64,000 bases of DNA, from NCBI RefSeq assembly GCF_018977255.1, contig NW_024704742.1:103852001-103916000 (forward strand), given 5' to 3'. The position numbers and the translations under genes were made by a program. The notes beneath the pieces are model-generated. The model saw nothing but the letters and a program-made list of their open reading frames with translations, did not search any database and was not told the origin of the DNA. This stretch comes from Callorhinchus milii. Taxonomy: Eukaryota. Below are positions 63,026 to 64,000 of the stretch, piece by piece (position 1 is the stretch's first letter; every line of letters starts with the position of its first letter).

Positions 63026-64000
63026 TCTAGGCTGATTCGGTACAGTGTTGGGGTAGCATTGAAGTGTTGGAGGAGTGCTAAAGTGCCAGTGGTGGGATCC
63101 TTTGGATGAGACATTAAACTAACATTCTACTGTCTGTTAACTGGATGTTAAAATCCCAAGGCACGACCCGTCTCCTGGTATTCCAGCCAACAATCCCGCA
63201 GATAGTAATGTATATTTATTATAATAGAATAAGACACCAACAATTTTTCCATATCTTTTGGTCCTGGATCCAAAGTTCAAAATACTTGGCCTGAATGTAA
63301 AAAAATAGGTCACAGTATCAAATACTGCCTTGATTCAAGCATTCTTTTCCACCTCTGAACCATGCCAAATAATCAACCTTCATTGACAAACAGGACTACC
63401 ATCACACACTACTTGGATATGAAAGTTTCTGGGAACCAACCAAAGTGTCTTGCCAAATACAACTACAATAACTTGCATTCATATACCCTTCACATCGTGT
63501 AGCATCTCAAAGCACTCAACAATTACAGAACTCACCTCACCTAAATACTCAGTCACTACAGTAAATCTTGTGAAGAAGCTATTTAAGAAATGAAAGATAC
63601 TATAATCAAATACAAGGATTATTATTACAAACAGCAGACCCTGTGCACTAAAGTAAATGTTAGTTTGTTGTTCAGAAAGGAATGAAAGCCTGCCTCATCT
63701 TATAATATTATTATTATAGGTTTGAGTACATCTCTCTTACGGACAGACACACAAATATAAACACAGTGTACCTTAAATTTCAGTCTGTTTATTTTGTCTG
63801 AAAAAAAACACAGATGAAATATAAGAACAGGTCAGATCATCAGTCTTGTGCTTGGTAGGCTTACAGTGACCTCTTCTGGAGAACTATAACACTTGTTTTA
63901 TTCAATTTTTAACCTTGTAATAATAGTAAGTATCAGGGTTGGACATTATAATTAATATTTTCAAACTTTGTCTCCATAATTAAAGTGTTTCTATATTTTA

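Overview
Vertebrate, AT-rich, repeat-dense DNA. The repeat content (L2 LINEs with (TTG)n tails, a tRNA-Ala-derived SINE with (TTA)n tails, CR1 LINEs, Deu-domain SINEs) suggests a cartilaginous fish, probably a chimaera; this is inference. The window holds the 5' part of one gene on the minus strand, MCC (mutated in colorectal cancers). It has a CpG-island promoter at about 56.4-57.1 kb and coding exons 1-3 of the long EF-hand isoform (56455-56582, 43861-44108, 40126-40337) with consistent splice phases 2, 1, 0. Inside the more than 40 kb intron 3 lies the alternative first coding exon of the short isoform (28406-28462); downstream exons are outside the window. Almost all other ORFs are retrotransposon fragments or noise. 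I see no prokaryote-style novel system. The best leads are a frame-preserving 150-nt candidate cassette exon in intron 2, two possible decayed alternative first exons in intron 3, a 5x34-bp minisatellite placing five sense-strand AATAAA signals just after exon 1, several fold-back hairpins, a three-layer SINE/CR1/L2 nest with a visible target-site duplication, and an old repeat family resembling LF-SINE.
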